Shown here one piece after another: positions 12,201-22,872 of a stretch of DNA of 64,000 bases. Under the pieces are notes generated by a model, which was not told where the DNA came from, did not search any database, and saw nothing but the letters and a program-made list of their open reading frames with translations. Origin of the DNA: Trypanosoma brucei (lineage: Eukaryota); NCBI GenBank assembly GCA_000002445.1, contig CM000208.1, forward strand, positions 2,560,001 through 2,624,000, read 5' to 3'. The position numbers and the translations under genes were made by a program. Each line of letters opens with the position of its first letter. Positions within the stretch are counted from its first letter, which is position 1.

Positions 12201-14000
12201 ACTTAACTCGCCAGGAAGAGTAACGATGCCAAAAAGTTTGTAAAATGCCAAGAACAGCTTGTGCCAATGTGTTGCGGGGTGCTTCATGGCCTCAGAAGCG
12301 GCCACAGCCCCAGACACAAGCGAAGAGAGAGCCCCTGACTCATCATGCAACTGTTCATTGCAGCCAGCATCCATTTCAGTCACAACATGCAAAACGTCAA
12401 GAGCCGAAAGCATAAGATCTCCATTTTCTGCATGTAGTGTGCTGAACGCAATTAGAAGATCGACAACGCGCTGTTGCCGAGCCACCTCTAGTCCCCGTTT
12501 GCTGCGCTTCATATTGCAACAAAGTCTAGAAAGCAGCTCTACTGACCATAAGCCAAGTGCTTCTATGCACCTGTCAAGGGGAGTGTGAACCGTACGTTGC
12601 GAGGCAGGGGATTGAACGAGATGACTTTGCACCATTCTCCCAACCTGAATGGAAAGTGTAACGCCTTGCAAACACATGGATTCGGCAATCGAAGAACACG
12701 CTGACAATTGATAAAATGCAACAAACATATGCAACAGAGCATCGGAAATATTCTTGACGCACCCGACTGCGGCCATGCGCTGGTGGTAATTAACGCTAGG
12801 GAGGGAAGTGACACTATGAGAAGCGATAGAATCCTCGCCGGAGATATCCATGTTTGTCAACATCTTCTGAATTGTTGCAAAGAGTTGCCTTGACGCGCGC
12901 AAAAGTAGAGACAGAAGCCTTAAACGCCGCACCGCGCTAAGCACCTTTCCACTCACCGTCCCACATAACCCCATCAGTAGCGCCACCGCCTCATATACGC
13001 GCACGGGCCCCAGCGAACGCAAGGGTATGGTATGAAACACTAAATTTTGCACCTCCTGCCCTCCAGACTCGCTGTCACAGTAATCATCATCAGCCAAGTT
13101 ACGCGAATCCTTACGTGGATTGTCCCAGCGGACCTTGAGTGCGTCCGTGAATGCGGGATCGTACACCTTAAGAATAGAGTCGCACAACCTGGGAAGCTGC
13201 AGCCGAGCACACAAACGCACAACGCGTTTGCGGCGCCGCGAAGGCAGCGAACGAAGCAAATTGAAAACCAAAGTTAATGCACTACATGCGGCGTTCTCGT
13301 CTGAAAGGACCAGTTCAGAGTCCAACACATCCATCAAGATGCGCCATGAAGAGTTCTTCTTGTTGCACAATGCTTGCCAACCATTCTTCACAACTCGGGG
13401 TCGCCCGTTTGAATGCAGTGCGCCCCCGGAAAAGAACCACTGATGCAACTCATATATGTGACTGTAGAGACTAAGTCCAGCCGTCACAGACAGACTACCA
13501 AATCCACCACCAAAACTGGACGCGGCGACGTTCCCACTCTCACTTAGCAATTTTCCACTAAAGGAGGTGCACGCAACACGCATCTGGCGTAAATACATAC
13601 TGACTACCGAGTTTCCCCTGCTAGAAACCGACCGAACAGCTGCGGCAACGGAGCGCCCGTTGTCGAGGCCCGCAGCAGTAATTTGCCCGGGAGAATACAT
13701 CATCTTGACAGGCGCTATCCACAACACGGGTGGAAAAGGGTCCCGAAGAGTTGGTTGTTGCCCAACATCTCCATTACTTTTGGCGACGTGTTTCGTAGAG
13801 TGCTTCGACATCGCCGCCTTACTTCCTCCCCTCACCGGGGACCGCCTCGAGCACGAGGTCGCCATGGTGCCGTTGGCTTTGCAGGGTTCGAGAAGTGCAC
13901 CTGTTGACGAGCGGCCTCTTCCGCAGCCTTCTCCGCATTTGACTTCCTTCTTCTCGCGCTTGCAAACCCTTGCCATTACGAGAGCAATTTTTGCTAACAC
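9264..14000 (-). CDS. Cytosolic carboxypeptidase-like zinc metallopeptidase (M14 family, Nna1/AGTPBP1/CCP type). Long N-terminal helical-repeat region and a poly-Asp/Glu C-terminal tail.
   Basis: Translation contains the M14/CCP motifs HPGE (ARVHPGESNSSW), NPDG, DLNRDY and DLHGHS in the right order and spacing. The 1578-aa ORF ends in ~70 residues of D/E (SNDDDDDDDDDDDDQ...DDDDDYDDDDDDFDELD). The start Met is uncertain and several in-frame Mets occur near the N-terminus. Confidence 0.6.
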   Translation of the reverse strand: MLAKIALVMARVCKREKKEVKCGEGCGRGRSSTGALLEPCKANGTMATSCSRRSPVRGGSKAAMSKHSTKHVAKSNGDVGQQPTLRDPFPPVLWIAPVKMMYSPGQITAAGLDNGRSVAAAVRSVSSRGNSVVSMYLRQMRVACTSFSGKLLSESGNVAASSFGGGFGSLSVTAGLSLYSHIYELHQWFFSGGALHSNGRPRVVKNGWQALCNKKNSSWRILMDVLDSELVLSDENAACSALTLVFNLLRSLPSRRRKRVVRLCARLQLPRLCDSILKVYDPAFTDALKVRWDNPRKDSRNLADDDYCDSESGGQEVQNLVFHTIPLRSLGPVRVYEAVALLMGLCGTVSGKVLSAVRRLRLLSLLLRASRQLFATIQKMLTNMDISGEDSIASHSVTSLPSVNYHQRMAAVGCVKNISDALLHMFVAFYQLSACSSIAESMCLQGVTLSIQVGRMVQSHLVQSPASQRTVHTPLDRCIEALGLWSVELLSRLCCNMKRSKRGLEVARQQRVVDLLIAFSTLHAENGDLMLSALDVLHVVTEMDAGCNEQLHDESGALSSLVSGAVAASEAMKHPATHWHKLFLAFYKLFGIVTLPGELSVLQCVEQVSSTVRVVPTLPLLPQHQRKARGEQEDSLSHIHLPPGAKVATEVHAPPLVDAEPSFFSPELRVDRCARGYMSLLPPANASAMAGAAHIPSTFTAPNGLPWDFFDEGIPLCQEFVSSDRPAADHPVLSSDYSLSLDEQPKLLLQPSLETRVRVMKRLIGRLSMCPRFSDCVVYERPPLTVASQPQDVFNMCDREAKRLESSLRFPPPLPSGDFKGVLKFRSNFESGNLQRAIAVDDMEYDLVLSPDTNTNCHVQWFCFSVEDYAPGATYHFNILNMEKSSSTFNEGQQPLMLFFESSGSMGAASQAPQWKHCGHDIFYYRNSYQRPARSTTTPAVDNSPAPSVEEGEGPKNSNKQQSSDRPKKKKATNKKRSSQRKEEPSHCYTLSFSIQFPERKGCVFIANCYPYTYSNLLSDVERWKLQASAVFGPSLLFAVQELCCTPGGLPVPILTLTASDIRGNVGVEDDSSAIHTEVAETPRERKLGSSNMDPEEFRPIKERPVLLVTARVHPGESNSSWVLRGLMSFLLSNRDNSHALRNRYVWKVIPMLNPDGVVLGNHRCSIGGADLNRDYANPNPATNPVVYSLKQIARHIIEKEQRRVPLFVDLHGHSRSKNFLMYGCMRSVATSKKRPAVKLPASIPGTVGSAYSIPSSNNRKQSLNSTASPAADSVTPEKLLPILLSQLSAAFSLPQCSFAVQKSKRHTGRVVMYRQFGIRMSYTLEATMMGGLDDAIEGLPGCNMRGLMKPGDYHDQRQQSKANAFEGVSGTTLREVSYGTRHFENMGARLARGVGLLSTNFSDSSSGYRALVERAWLILATAGSSDGIQTHIIANFGGSYALATRKERRTDQKGMNREKSCSFNVSLAELRAEVLRTLSLQPRLGDAPPAVSGSTLHGVISDDESSNDDDDDDDDDDDDQVVAGDVGEDCESSASGDNDDEDDDEDDDDDYDDDDDDFDELDVEDNASEDGDGDVLY

Positions 14001-15725
14001 GTGGAATATGTAAGTTCGCTTTCCCTTTGCCCGTTAGTTACTCTATAAGTTCTCTAAAGGCCGGAAAACGGGGATTACCTCCCCTCTACGTCCCTCAACT
14101 GCGGTCGTACAAGGGGTTAAGCGACCACTCACCGCTAGCGAAGGTGAAGGCATGTCAAAGAAAAAAGTTTCAACGGCAATCATGAGGGAAGTTGGGAGAG
14201 GAGTGCGGCATCAGACAGCAGATTGAAAAGTGAAGGTGCGTACACCTCGCAACGGTTTAAATACCATGAAAAGGGCAACGCACCAGTGATAGCGGCTTAC
14301 AAATCCTGGGCACGGCACCAAAGTTCTCGAAAACAATAAAAAGTGATACGAGACATGATTGTCTTCACCAGTGATTAACTGCTGTGCAGAAGAGACCCCA
14401 TATTCCACTTTAAGAACGACAAATTGTGGTGCGGGTTGCTGCATCTAAAAAGAATAATGGCGGCAGAATGTTCCCACAACCCGGCACAACTCTATTGACA
14501 CAAGCAAACTCACAACATCAAAACAACAGAGTGCAGCCAAATCAGAAGGAACTGCTTACAAAAAAGATTGTACCCATATCAACATTGTGCGAATCACTCG
14601 AGTAGTCCACACGGATATGAGGGAAGAGGGGAAAAGTCGCAGAGCACACAAATGGCGACCCATCCGCGGCCTCACTTCCTGAACAACCGTGTTGTACGCC
14701 TTTTCTGGGAAAGAATGTTGAGGTCACAGGCAACTGGAGAAGTCGGCTGCACATACCCGTGTTTGTGCTTAGAAATATTACCACATGTGTCTGCCTCACG
14801 TTGCATGTAACCAAACACAAGCAGACATATACATATCACTCACGTTAAGTAACGGATTGCAGTCCTCTCTCTTCTTCCCCACTGAGCAGCCAACCACAAA
14901 AAACAACCCCAACAAGCGGTTTTTTGGTTTCCCTCTCCAGCAATGCCCGCTGGTGCTCTCCCGCCTCAATGGCAGCAGGTTACATACGATAAACTTAAGG
15001 CGATGGCTTCAGACTACAGCATGAAACGCCTCAGATACGCATCCAACAGGATAATAGAGTTCGTCTGAAGGACTACAGGGCAAAGGGAAGACAAGGCAGA
15101 AGCGGCAATGATGTTGTACTAAGGCGCGCGTCACGTAAAAGAGAAGAGTGATGATAAATGTGAGAGATGTACAAGGAATATATAAGAAATGAGTGTTGTA
15201 AGCATCCTTCTCGAGCATTGACAAGGAACCAACCCCCAGTGCTTGCCCTCCGCTATTGTAAACAAGGGAGCTACCGTGGGAAAAAGAAGGACACCTCGAT
15301 AAAATAAACAAAACGAATAAAGAGCAGGAGCACTTTTCGCTCTCGTGGAAAGAGAGTCGGCCAACCAACCCACGCATAAAACCCTCCTTCCTGTGGTAAA
15401 GGAGAAAGGGAACGAGGCGAGGCGAGGAAGTGTAAACAAACAAGAGAAAAAAAAATAGTATGCGAGAGGGAGAGAAAACAAAAAAATATATTTTATATAA
15501 ATAAAACTAGCAAAAGAGGGAAATAAAAACAATCCTCGTCAAGTAAATTAAGAACGACACGGCGTTAAACCAAAAAGTAAAGAAACAGTAACGACGTACA
15601 AGAAATGCTGTAGTCGAAAGGAGAGAGAGGATGATAAAATAAATAAGGATGGGCGTAAGAATCGACACGAATGCATTAATACAAACAGTCAAATAACCAT
15701 CTGGCAAACGAGTTGATGGTTGCAT

Positions 15726-17582
15726 TCAGTGCACTGTGTTAACGTACGGTGCGCGGGGAAGATGGCACGAAGAGATGGCACCGGTATTTCTCAGTTCATG
15801 CTCATCAGGGTGTAATTGGGGTCTTGGGCGGGACCTTGACTGACTCTCAAGGAACCTGCGCAGCAGCATTAACAGGGTCACTGAAGGAAGGACGTACACC
15901 AGCGGTTGCCACCAGCATCGATGCCTCAGAAAACACAAAAGATTGAACCAACTGCACTGTTGGCACTGCGACTCCCCCTTTGCCTCCTCACTGTACCGTC
16001 CATTTTCAAAGGTGCTGCCACCTTGAGAGCCATTGCTTGGTTTGAGCGCTTTAACACCGAACGAAATAGCGCGGGTGTCCACAACGTCGCCCCTGGCGTT
16101 TCTCAGCGTTGCATTGCATTTGGCCTCTCCCTCAATACTGTCCTGTACGATCAGAGTGAAACGTCGCTGCGCTGATCCTTGTAGGGGTATGTACACAGTT
16201 TGGGCAACCATCGGCTGAACATTAACCGTACACTCGCCGACAACAACCGTGTACTGTGCCTCGATGTCCCCAGTGTTAAGAACCGTCACGGTAATGGTGC
16301 TTCCCCGCGAATAGGAATGCACCACCTTCCCTGAAACGGTTGCACCAACAATCACACCCGAGGACACAGACAACACAAAGTTTAACTTATCAGCGGATAT
16401 TGTTATCGTCACCATCGTTGATAATGTTCCTGTCACCTGGTAAGCCACAGCTGGGGCACTGGCATTGGCCAGTGGGTCAAAACCAAAAGGAGCGAAAAAG
16501 CGAGCCATATATTTCCCTTGTTGCCCCTTAGTCTCCGCTTCCAAGTCCCGATCACGATAATCCTCCAGTTGATTCGCCAAGCAAGCGCCCGGATACGCGT
16601 CACACCGGCTCCCCTGAGTGGCGAAACCCTCATATGACACGCCCACTTTATTACATTCGGTGCCACGAATAGAAACAAGGTGGGTGTCAACAATAATCCA
16701 TTCGTTATACCCAGCACCCACTCGCTCATGACCCCGCGGTTCAGAGGGGATAAACAACATCTTTCCCGATAGGTCAAGAGGCATTTCTGGGGGTGCGAAG
16801 TCTCCTATAAGACGTGCAGACGCGCCGAACTCTGTCGACGTGGCGGTCAACTTATCCGGCCCCAAAGACATCGTGAACTCCTTTGAGCCCGTGGAGCCTC
16901 CCCCAGTGCTGTTGTTCCCACTTGACAATTTCACCTGCAATTCATACCATACAACACCTCGACCAATGGTATAGCCACCGTACCAGAGGTCACTGAAACG
17001 AAGGCATGATGCCATTCCAGTATCCCCCGTCACGCTGCAAGTTCCAACGCTGCGGCTAGTTGGGTTGCAAATTCCTGACAATGCACAAGCGCCACATAAG
17101 CAGCAAAAACCTTGACTGTACGGAATCACATCTCCTCTCCGATCACGCGCCACGCCGCATGTCGCGGATCCAGGGTTGGAAGAATCGTCGCACCAACTGC
17201 TTGCACTTGTTCTGAGACGCTGCTCATATGGTTTGGCATTGAAGTTTCTTATGTAATAAATAGGATAGCGGTACTGCACCGGTGATTTTGTCGTCACTAG
17301 GCGGATTGGTTCAAACTCGACACGCTTTCCCTTTTCGTCACCCGTTTTGTCAACTGCCTCGCGGAGAAGAACAACCTCTTCAGCCTCAATTGTTTGCTCG
17401 CTGCCCACGGAGAGCCCCACAACCATCTTCTTTTCACATGGAAACGGTTCCCCATTACTACTGCGCTCGCAGTACTCGATGGACGACGAGGCCACAAATG
17501 CCGCCTCAGTGCAGGGGAAAAGGCCGCTTGTCGTCACAAGGACGACGAGCACAAAAACAGATGATAACGTCTCCGTCGGCAT
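15726..17582 (-). CDS. HAP2: HAP2/GCS1-like gamete membrane fusion protein. Signal peptide, Cys-rich ectodomain, C-terminal TM and basic tail.
   Basis: N-terminal hydrophobic signal (SSVFVLVVLVTTSGLF) and a large ectodomain with many conserved Cys. It includes the sequence QGFCCLCGACALSGIC, which matches the HAP2-GCS1 domain FCCxC signature as I remember it. A hydrophobic segment lies near the C-terminus. Identification from memory of the family, not from a search. Confidence 0.5.
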   Translation of the reverse strand: MPTETLSSVFVLVVLVTTSGLFPCTEAAFVASSSIEYCERSSNGEPFPCEKKMVVGLSVGSEQTIEAEEVVLLREAVDKTGDEKGKRVEFEPIRLVTTKSPVQYRYPIYYIRNFNAKPYEQRLRTSASSWCDDSSNPGSATCGVARDRRGDVIPYSQGFCCLCGACALSGICNPTSRSVGTCSVTGDTGMASCLRFSDLWYGGYTIGRGVVWYELQVKLSSGNNSTGGGSTGSKEFTMSLGPDKLTATSTEFGASARLIGDFAPPEMPLDLSGKMLFIPSEPRGHERVGAGYNEWIIVDTHLVSIRGTECNKVGVSYEGFATQGSRCDAYPGACLANQLEDYRDRDLEAETKGQQGKYMARFFAPFGFDPLANASAPAVAYQVTGTLSTMVTITISADKLNFVLSVSSGVIVGATVSGKVVHSYSRGSTITVTVLNTGDIEAQYTVVVGECTVNVQPMVAQTVYIPLQGSAQRRFTLIVQDSIEGEAKCNATLRNARGDVVDTRAISFGVKALKPSNGSQGGSTFENGRYSEEAKGESQCQQCSWFNLLCFLRHRCWWQPLVYVLPSVTLLMLLRRFLESQSRSRPRPQLHPDEHELRNTGAISSCHLPRAPYVNTVH

Positions 17583-18220
17583 GTTCAGCTTCTCTCGGGA
17601 TTTACACCCAAAGCAAGTACCGCGCCAGCAAACTGTGAGCCTTTATGTGTTAGCCTTATTATGTCTAAATACTAAAAACAACAAGTAGCACGTGGATGCG
17701 TGTGTAAACAATGAAAAGATCAGTGTGATTCAGTATTTGAGCATGTGACAACGACAGAGCAACGGAGCTGTGGAAATACTGCCAGGAAAGTTGAATCAGA
17801 ACCGGCCAACGAAGCTCCAAACAATCAAGGATTCTAATGAATTAAAGATGCAATAAATTAACTGTTGGTGTGAATCTGGCAATGAGGCGCTACAAAATAG
17901 CAAAAAGGAAGGCAGAAAAAAGAAAGGGAGATAATGTGCAATCAACTTACTTTATAACAACTTCTACTCCGTGCTGTACGGTTCGCAGCGGTGCAAAAAA
18001 TCGAAGATATTCTGGTGCTTTGAGCACACAGGCGGAGTTAATGTGAGGATAAGCAGTAAGCTGGCGATGGTCACTTCATTCTGCATCCATCGACCACACC
18101 TCCACCATGGGAATACGCGTTGTTTCCTCTCCTCTTCGTAAAAGTATACAATGACGTTGTAGTTTCCGATATTGCAAAGCTTTCCCACTCCATAACAAAT
18201 CTTACGGCCAACTTTTGCGA

Positions 18221-18865
18221 TCACTTTTCCCGCGGAACCTCCTCCACAATCACCTCCGCCTCCGGTATGTTTTCCCTCACTGATGCTTCTTTTCTCGCAT
18301 CCTCCTCGAACTCCACCTCTATCGCACCCTCAGTGTTGTAGTCACCAACAGTTTCCTTAGGCAACACGGGATCATCATCCTCCAATTGCTTCTCAACAAA
18401 GTCCTTTGAAAGCTTCCCTGTGCTCGGATCAAACATTAACTTGGCGCCCCTGGCAACCTTCTTTCCCTTTTCATTCTCTCCGACACCAAATGCCATCATT
18501 CCCATTTGCGGCATCCCATCCCCACGCTGAATGCTTTCCATCATCGCTTTCATGGACTCACGCACCTCCGGTGTGAGAGATTGGTTTAACTTCTGGTGCA
18601 TGTCCTGAAGCATGGCAGGGTCCATGGTGGGGCTCCCCCCTACGAAGCGGCCATCGAAGAAATCTGAGGGAGACGACGAAGATCCATTAAATGAACCTTT
18701 CTTCGCCTGCGTAAGGATCTTTGCAAGGGCATCCGCGTCAGTGGGGTAACCACCGGGCCCACCACTGAAGCCACAGCCTCCGCTGCCACATTGCCGCAAC
18801 CAAAAAGTCGATCGTAACAGAGATGATGATGTGCTCGAGAGCCGCAACCGCAACGAATTGCGCAT
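18221..18865 (-). CDS. Hypothetical protein (214 aa). The N-terminus is basic and Ser-rich (possible organellar targeting) and the C-terminus is acidic.
   Basis: Minus-strand ORF in the gene array. No recognisable domain. Coding assignment rests on ORF length, strand consistency and spacing. Confidence 0.4.
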   Translation of the reverse strand: MRNSLRLRLSSTSSSLLRSTFWLRQCGSGGCGFSGGPGGYPTDADALAKILTQAKKGSFNGSSSSPSDFFDGRFVGGSPTMDPAMLQDMHQKLNQSLTPEVRESMKAMMESIQRGDGMPQMGMMAFGVGENEKGKKVARGAKLMFDPSTGKLSKDFVEKQLEDDDPVLPKETVGDYNTEGAIEVEFEEDARKEASVRENIPEAEVIVEEVPREK

Positions 18866-19194
18866 AGCGCTTCCTTTACTATGACTCTCAGAGGCTCACG
18901 TGGGGAGATAAGCAACACAAAGAATCAGAGGTGAGAAAAGGTGAGGGAACGAGCTTTGCGCATCCAATGACAAGGAAAAAAATCAAAAACTAGAAACACC
19001 TGTTCATTCACCGTCGCAGAGGCGCAAATAAGCGGGTATATACGTCGACAACTATAACCAAACGGCAGCTCCACAGCCCAATGCACAGCACTACCACGCA
19101 GGCGCCTCGGCCTAAATGATTGTCCTCCCCTCACACATCCACGGCCGCGGTGTGATACGGTGTACTGTCTCGTGTCAATGTTAGGGCCAACACA

Positions 19195-19196
19195 AG

Positions 19197-19227
<31 letters not shown>

Positions 19228-19248
19228 ACACAAACAAACAAACAAACA
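19195..19248. repeat. (CA)n followed by (CAAA)n simple repeat.
   Basis: cacacacacacacacacacacatacacacacaaacaaacaaacaaac. Confidence 0.9.
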
Positions 19249-19508
19249 GTTACCCTCTGCAATCTCCACGGGCCACTGCGCGCACCTCTCCCGCTGAGAG
19301 GGGTGGGTCAAAAAATAAAACAACAATTCACCCACGAACGATAAATCCGCCATACCGACACATGGCCTGGCACACCTCATCACCCTCGCCTGCAAGAGGG
19401 GACAGAATGAAACATAAAAGGCAAAAGTCTAGCTTCCTGCATCCCTCTGCACGCGAATCAAAGGATCTCCCAAACTATCTCCACCGTGTGCTAAGTGCTA
19501 AACGCCCA

Positions 19509-20966
19509 TCAAACAGGAGTAGGACTTGTCAACGGTACCGCAGTTGGAAATGTTTGACCTAATAGACTTCCAACATGACTCGAAACCTGTGACAGGTGGT
19601 AAACATTACACACCCCACGCCCCTCAATGACGGTTACCTGACCAACACCGCCACTCAAATCTCCCTTTTGAAGCGTTCCATAATTGGGAATCGAAGCTTG
19701 GGCCCCGCCCGCCCAAAGTGCCGGGTCAGTGCTGACCAACGCACTGCGCTCACTACTAACTGAAGAAGCGTAACGTAATTGCTCCTGTTCGGGGTACGCA
19801 GCAACGGGTAACAGGCGGCAGAACCAACGGGCTATGAAGTTTGCGTGGATGTGCTCACCGTCTGCGTCACCATCACCAAATACCTGATGAAGGTTCCCCT
19901 TGACACCGATATCAAAGGGGTTGACGGGAGGGCGAACACATATGCCTTGTTCGATCTGTGTCTGCTGGATGACGAGGTCAAGCGTCGTTAAATTCCGCCG
20001 AGCAAGTCCCCAGTGCTTCCTCAGCAACGAACCAGAAAGGATGAGAAAAATAAACGCCTCCAAAAAGCAGACGTACACTCCTAAGAACGGGGGACACACG
20101 CCGAATTCCTCAAAGAGACTCAGCTGCGCGACAGCCTGAGCGCTCACAACCAAATCTTTCGCGCGCAAGTGGGGGCGGTCCAGTGCCTCCGCCTCTGCCC
20201 AGCACTTTCTACTGTCCCAAGCCGGCATATCAACCCGGCGGTGCCTCACCTGGCCATTGACTGCCTCGTAGTGCTGCACGGCAAAAGAGCTACAGGCCAA
20301 AAGCAACAGGAGAACCACCCAAAGGGTACATAAAAATGTATAAAATATAACGAGAAGGTACAATTTGTAGTTGAAGAAGCCCACGCAGCGTCCGATCCAT
20401 GGGCAATGGTGATCGTACTTCAGTACGCAACGGCGGCATCGGCTACAGTGGTGTGCCCGCTGTGGCTTGTAGTGGGCACAAACGGGACAGTGATGTTGTG
20501 CTCCTGACACCTTGAGTGCGAGTGTGGCACTTTTGGGGGCACCCTTGTGGTATGCATACGGCACACGGCCGGGATCTGTCGTCGCCGCCGCCACATACGC
20601 CCACACAGTGAAACTGAAAAGCACTGCAGAAACTCCAAACAAACCCCAACTCCCAGCTGAAATACTAAGCAGGTGCTCTACATGCAAAGGGGTTGCAGAG
20701 GTCGGTTGCCGGATTCCCCTTATGAACGGCTGCAAAAACGCTTGTCCCAACGCATCGAGCAACCGAGGGAAAATGAACACGCAGAACGAGAAGATAGAGT
20801 ACGAAGTTAGTAAAAAAAGCGCGGGGAGAATAAAGGTTTCGGCACTGATACGCCGACCACAACACATACTACGTGTCTTCCGCGTCCTTTCCTCTGGGTG
20901 AAGGTAATAATAATGGCGATGTGGAAACGATGCGTGCCCTGCACGCCAGGGGACTGCGTCCGACAA
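19509..20966 (-). CDS. DHHC-type palmitoyl acyltransferase (zf-DHHC).
   Basis: Canonical DHHC Cys-rich domain: CPVCAHYKPQRAHHCSRCRRCVLKYDHHCPWIGRCVGFFNYKLY. It is flanked by hydrophobic TM segments. The ORF may start at an internal Met (MCCGRR..., codon 34) rather than at 20966. Confidence 0.8.
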   Translation of the reverse strand: MSDAVPWRAGHASFPHRHYYYLHPEERTRKTRSMCCGRRISAETFILPALFLLTSYSIFSFCVFIFPRLLDALGQAFLQPFIRGIRQPTSATPLHVEHLLSISAGSWGLFGVSAVLFSFTVWAYVAAATTDPGRVPYAYHKGAPKSATLALKVSGAQHHCPVCAHYKPQRAHHCSRCRRCVLKYDHHCPWIGRCVGFFNYKLYLLVIFYTFLCTLWVVLLLLLACSSFAVQHYEAVNGQVRHRRVDMPAWDSRKCWAEAEALDRPHLRAKDLVVSAQAVAQLSLFEEFGVCPPFLGVYVCFLEAFIFLILSGSLLRKHWGLARRNLTTLDLVIQQTQIEQGICVRPPVNPFDIGVKGNLHQVFGDGDADGEHIHANFIARWFCRLLPVAAYPEQEQLRYASSVSSERSALVSTDPALWAGGAQASIPNYGTLQKGDLSGGVGQVTVIEGRGVCNVYHLSQVSSHVGSLLGQTFPTAVPLTSPTPV

Positions 20967-21865
20967 TACCTAAGCTAACTTTACCAGACGGTACCTAAAG
21001 GTATACAGGCAACAAAAAAAAAAGGAGATTGAGATATAGCGACACCCTTTATCACATGGAAATGTGTGTACGCGTGCACACTATTGCAGCACCTGCTTCC
21101 ACATTCATGCCCTTTCCGGCATCATGCCACCCCTCCTCTCACAGATTCTGTGCCAGCCGTCCGACGTTCCAAATACGTATGCAAAAAACACAGCCAAAAA
21201 TTACACCAGAGCAGTAACCGCTCCCATAAAAGAGCGAAGTCAAGTAACGACATAAAACAACGTGGATCAAAATAACCGATGAAAAGAAATCGACCCACTT
21301 AGTGTGCCCCTCTGCGCACATCTTCGGGAGTTGACCGTCCAGCATTTAGTCAGCGGTGAGCGAGTGTCAAAAAACTCGATGGAAAATTTGCTGGTCACAA
21401 AACAAGGTGGGTGCCAGGCATCAGCTGGGAAAGCATAGAGACCATCACCACTTCACAGTGTGCAGAGAGAAAAATACTTCCACGCACTTCGAATATTTCT
21501 CTTGAGACTAGCGATCAGTCCAGACAAAGCATCGGCAGGAAGCAAAAAACACTCAGCGAAACAGCGACAGAAGTAACGTTCAACCATGGCAACCAAATGT
21601 AACATCTTAATAGGATTTGAATAACTTCCAAACACCAGGACCTAACACAAGCACCAAACCTGAGGTGACGCCAACGGAGCCTGCACAAAAAAGGTGTTTA
21701 TACCACCACAATCGATCTAGTGAGGGTCGCGCAGATAACTTTGACGCTAGAAGATGATGCAAAGTACATTCTCCTTCTCCCCCGCGGCAAAGTCTACCGC
21801 GGACACAAAGCACCCTACCAGTAATGGATAACGAAGCCAACGCCTAAACCCCTCAGTTCGTTTGC

Positions 21866-22398
21866 AATGACGATAAACGCAAGGTGATGGCGTTCTCTGC
21901 CGCCAACTAACCACAAACCGTTACGCTTAAGGGGGTGGGCGCACACATACACACACCTCAGCCAGTGAGGTAAACGGGAAATCACTACGTGACACAACGC
22001 CAATGAGAGAAAGGGGAATAAGCCCTGAGGTACAGCTCGCCACTCGCGGTGCACTCGAGGGCGCTGACTCAACACCACACAATCTTTGAAACCGCCTCCT
22101 CCTAGACTACAGGAAAGACACCGCGCATACCGGTGGTACCAGCGCATAAATGTCCCCATATCACCAGCCACATAGTGACACGACTTTAAGGCTTGCTGAA
22201 AAATGCACCTAGCCAGCCTGACTGGGTGCTGTAATGAAAGTAACTAGGTAGCAATCTTTGCTGGAAATGAAATAGCACGCTCCTAGCAGACAGATGGAGA
22301 AAGCAAACAACATTATCCACAACATCGCAACCTTTCAACTTCCGCTCCGGCTCAGAAAAATGGTACCCTACATGCTTCGACATCAAAGGGCGAAACGA
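21866..22398. repeat. 533-bp dispersed repeat, copy A. It lies in the intergenic region between the DHHC and ADAT1 genes.
   Basis: ~99.4% identical (3 mismatches) to 38840-39372. This also explains the duplicated short ORFs 21815..22171/38825..39145 and 22186..22386/39160..39516. Confidence 0.9.
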
Positions 22399-22872
22399 TA
22401 TTCTGTGCGTGCAAACAATCGCTCGTAATCAAAATACAGGGGAAAAATCCACAGGGTCGGTCATCCGCAAATCCACAGAATGGCATTCAGCAAGTTTTTC
22501 AGCAAACGAGTTAGGTGTCCCTCTTGCGACCATTACTCCGAGCGACTCACCAACAATCTCGTGCAAACGAACTGTGGTCACTTACCTATTGGAGTGCAGA
22601 ACAAACCCAGCAAGCAAACCCATTTCCCCAACCATAGAAATTTCATAGTGCCGCATCGACGTTAAACACTGACGGAGTTGGCACTGGTTAGATGTGGAAT
22701 GTGCCCCGACTGTATTGTGTTAGTGGCTAACTGCAATTCGATGGATAATGGATTGACTTGTGGAACGGCAGCAGCATACCCCGGAGACGGCCAAGTGAAG
22801 CCCGCAACCCCACCACTGCAACAGATATGTGCGACCAAACATTTCCCCCATGCAGACTTGGTCAGCCATACA

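Noticed and set aside
21866-22398. RIME/ingi-type retroposon as the identity of the 533-bp repeat.
   Set aside because: It has no terminal poly(A), no flanking target-site duplication and no RT-like ORF. The size match to RIME alone is insufficient.
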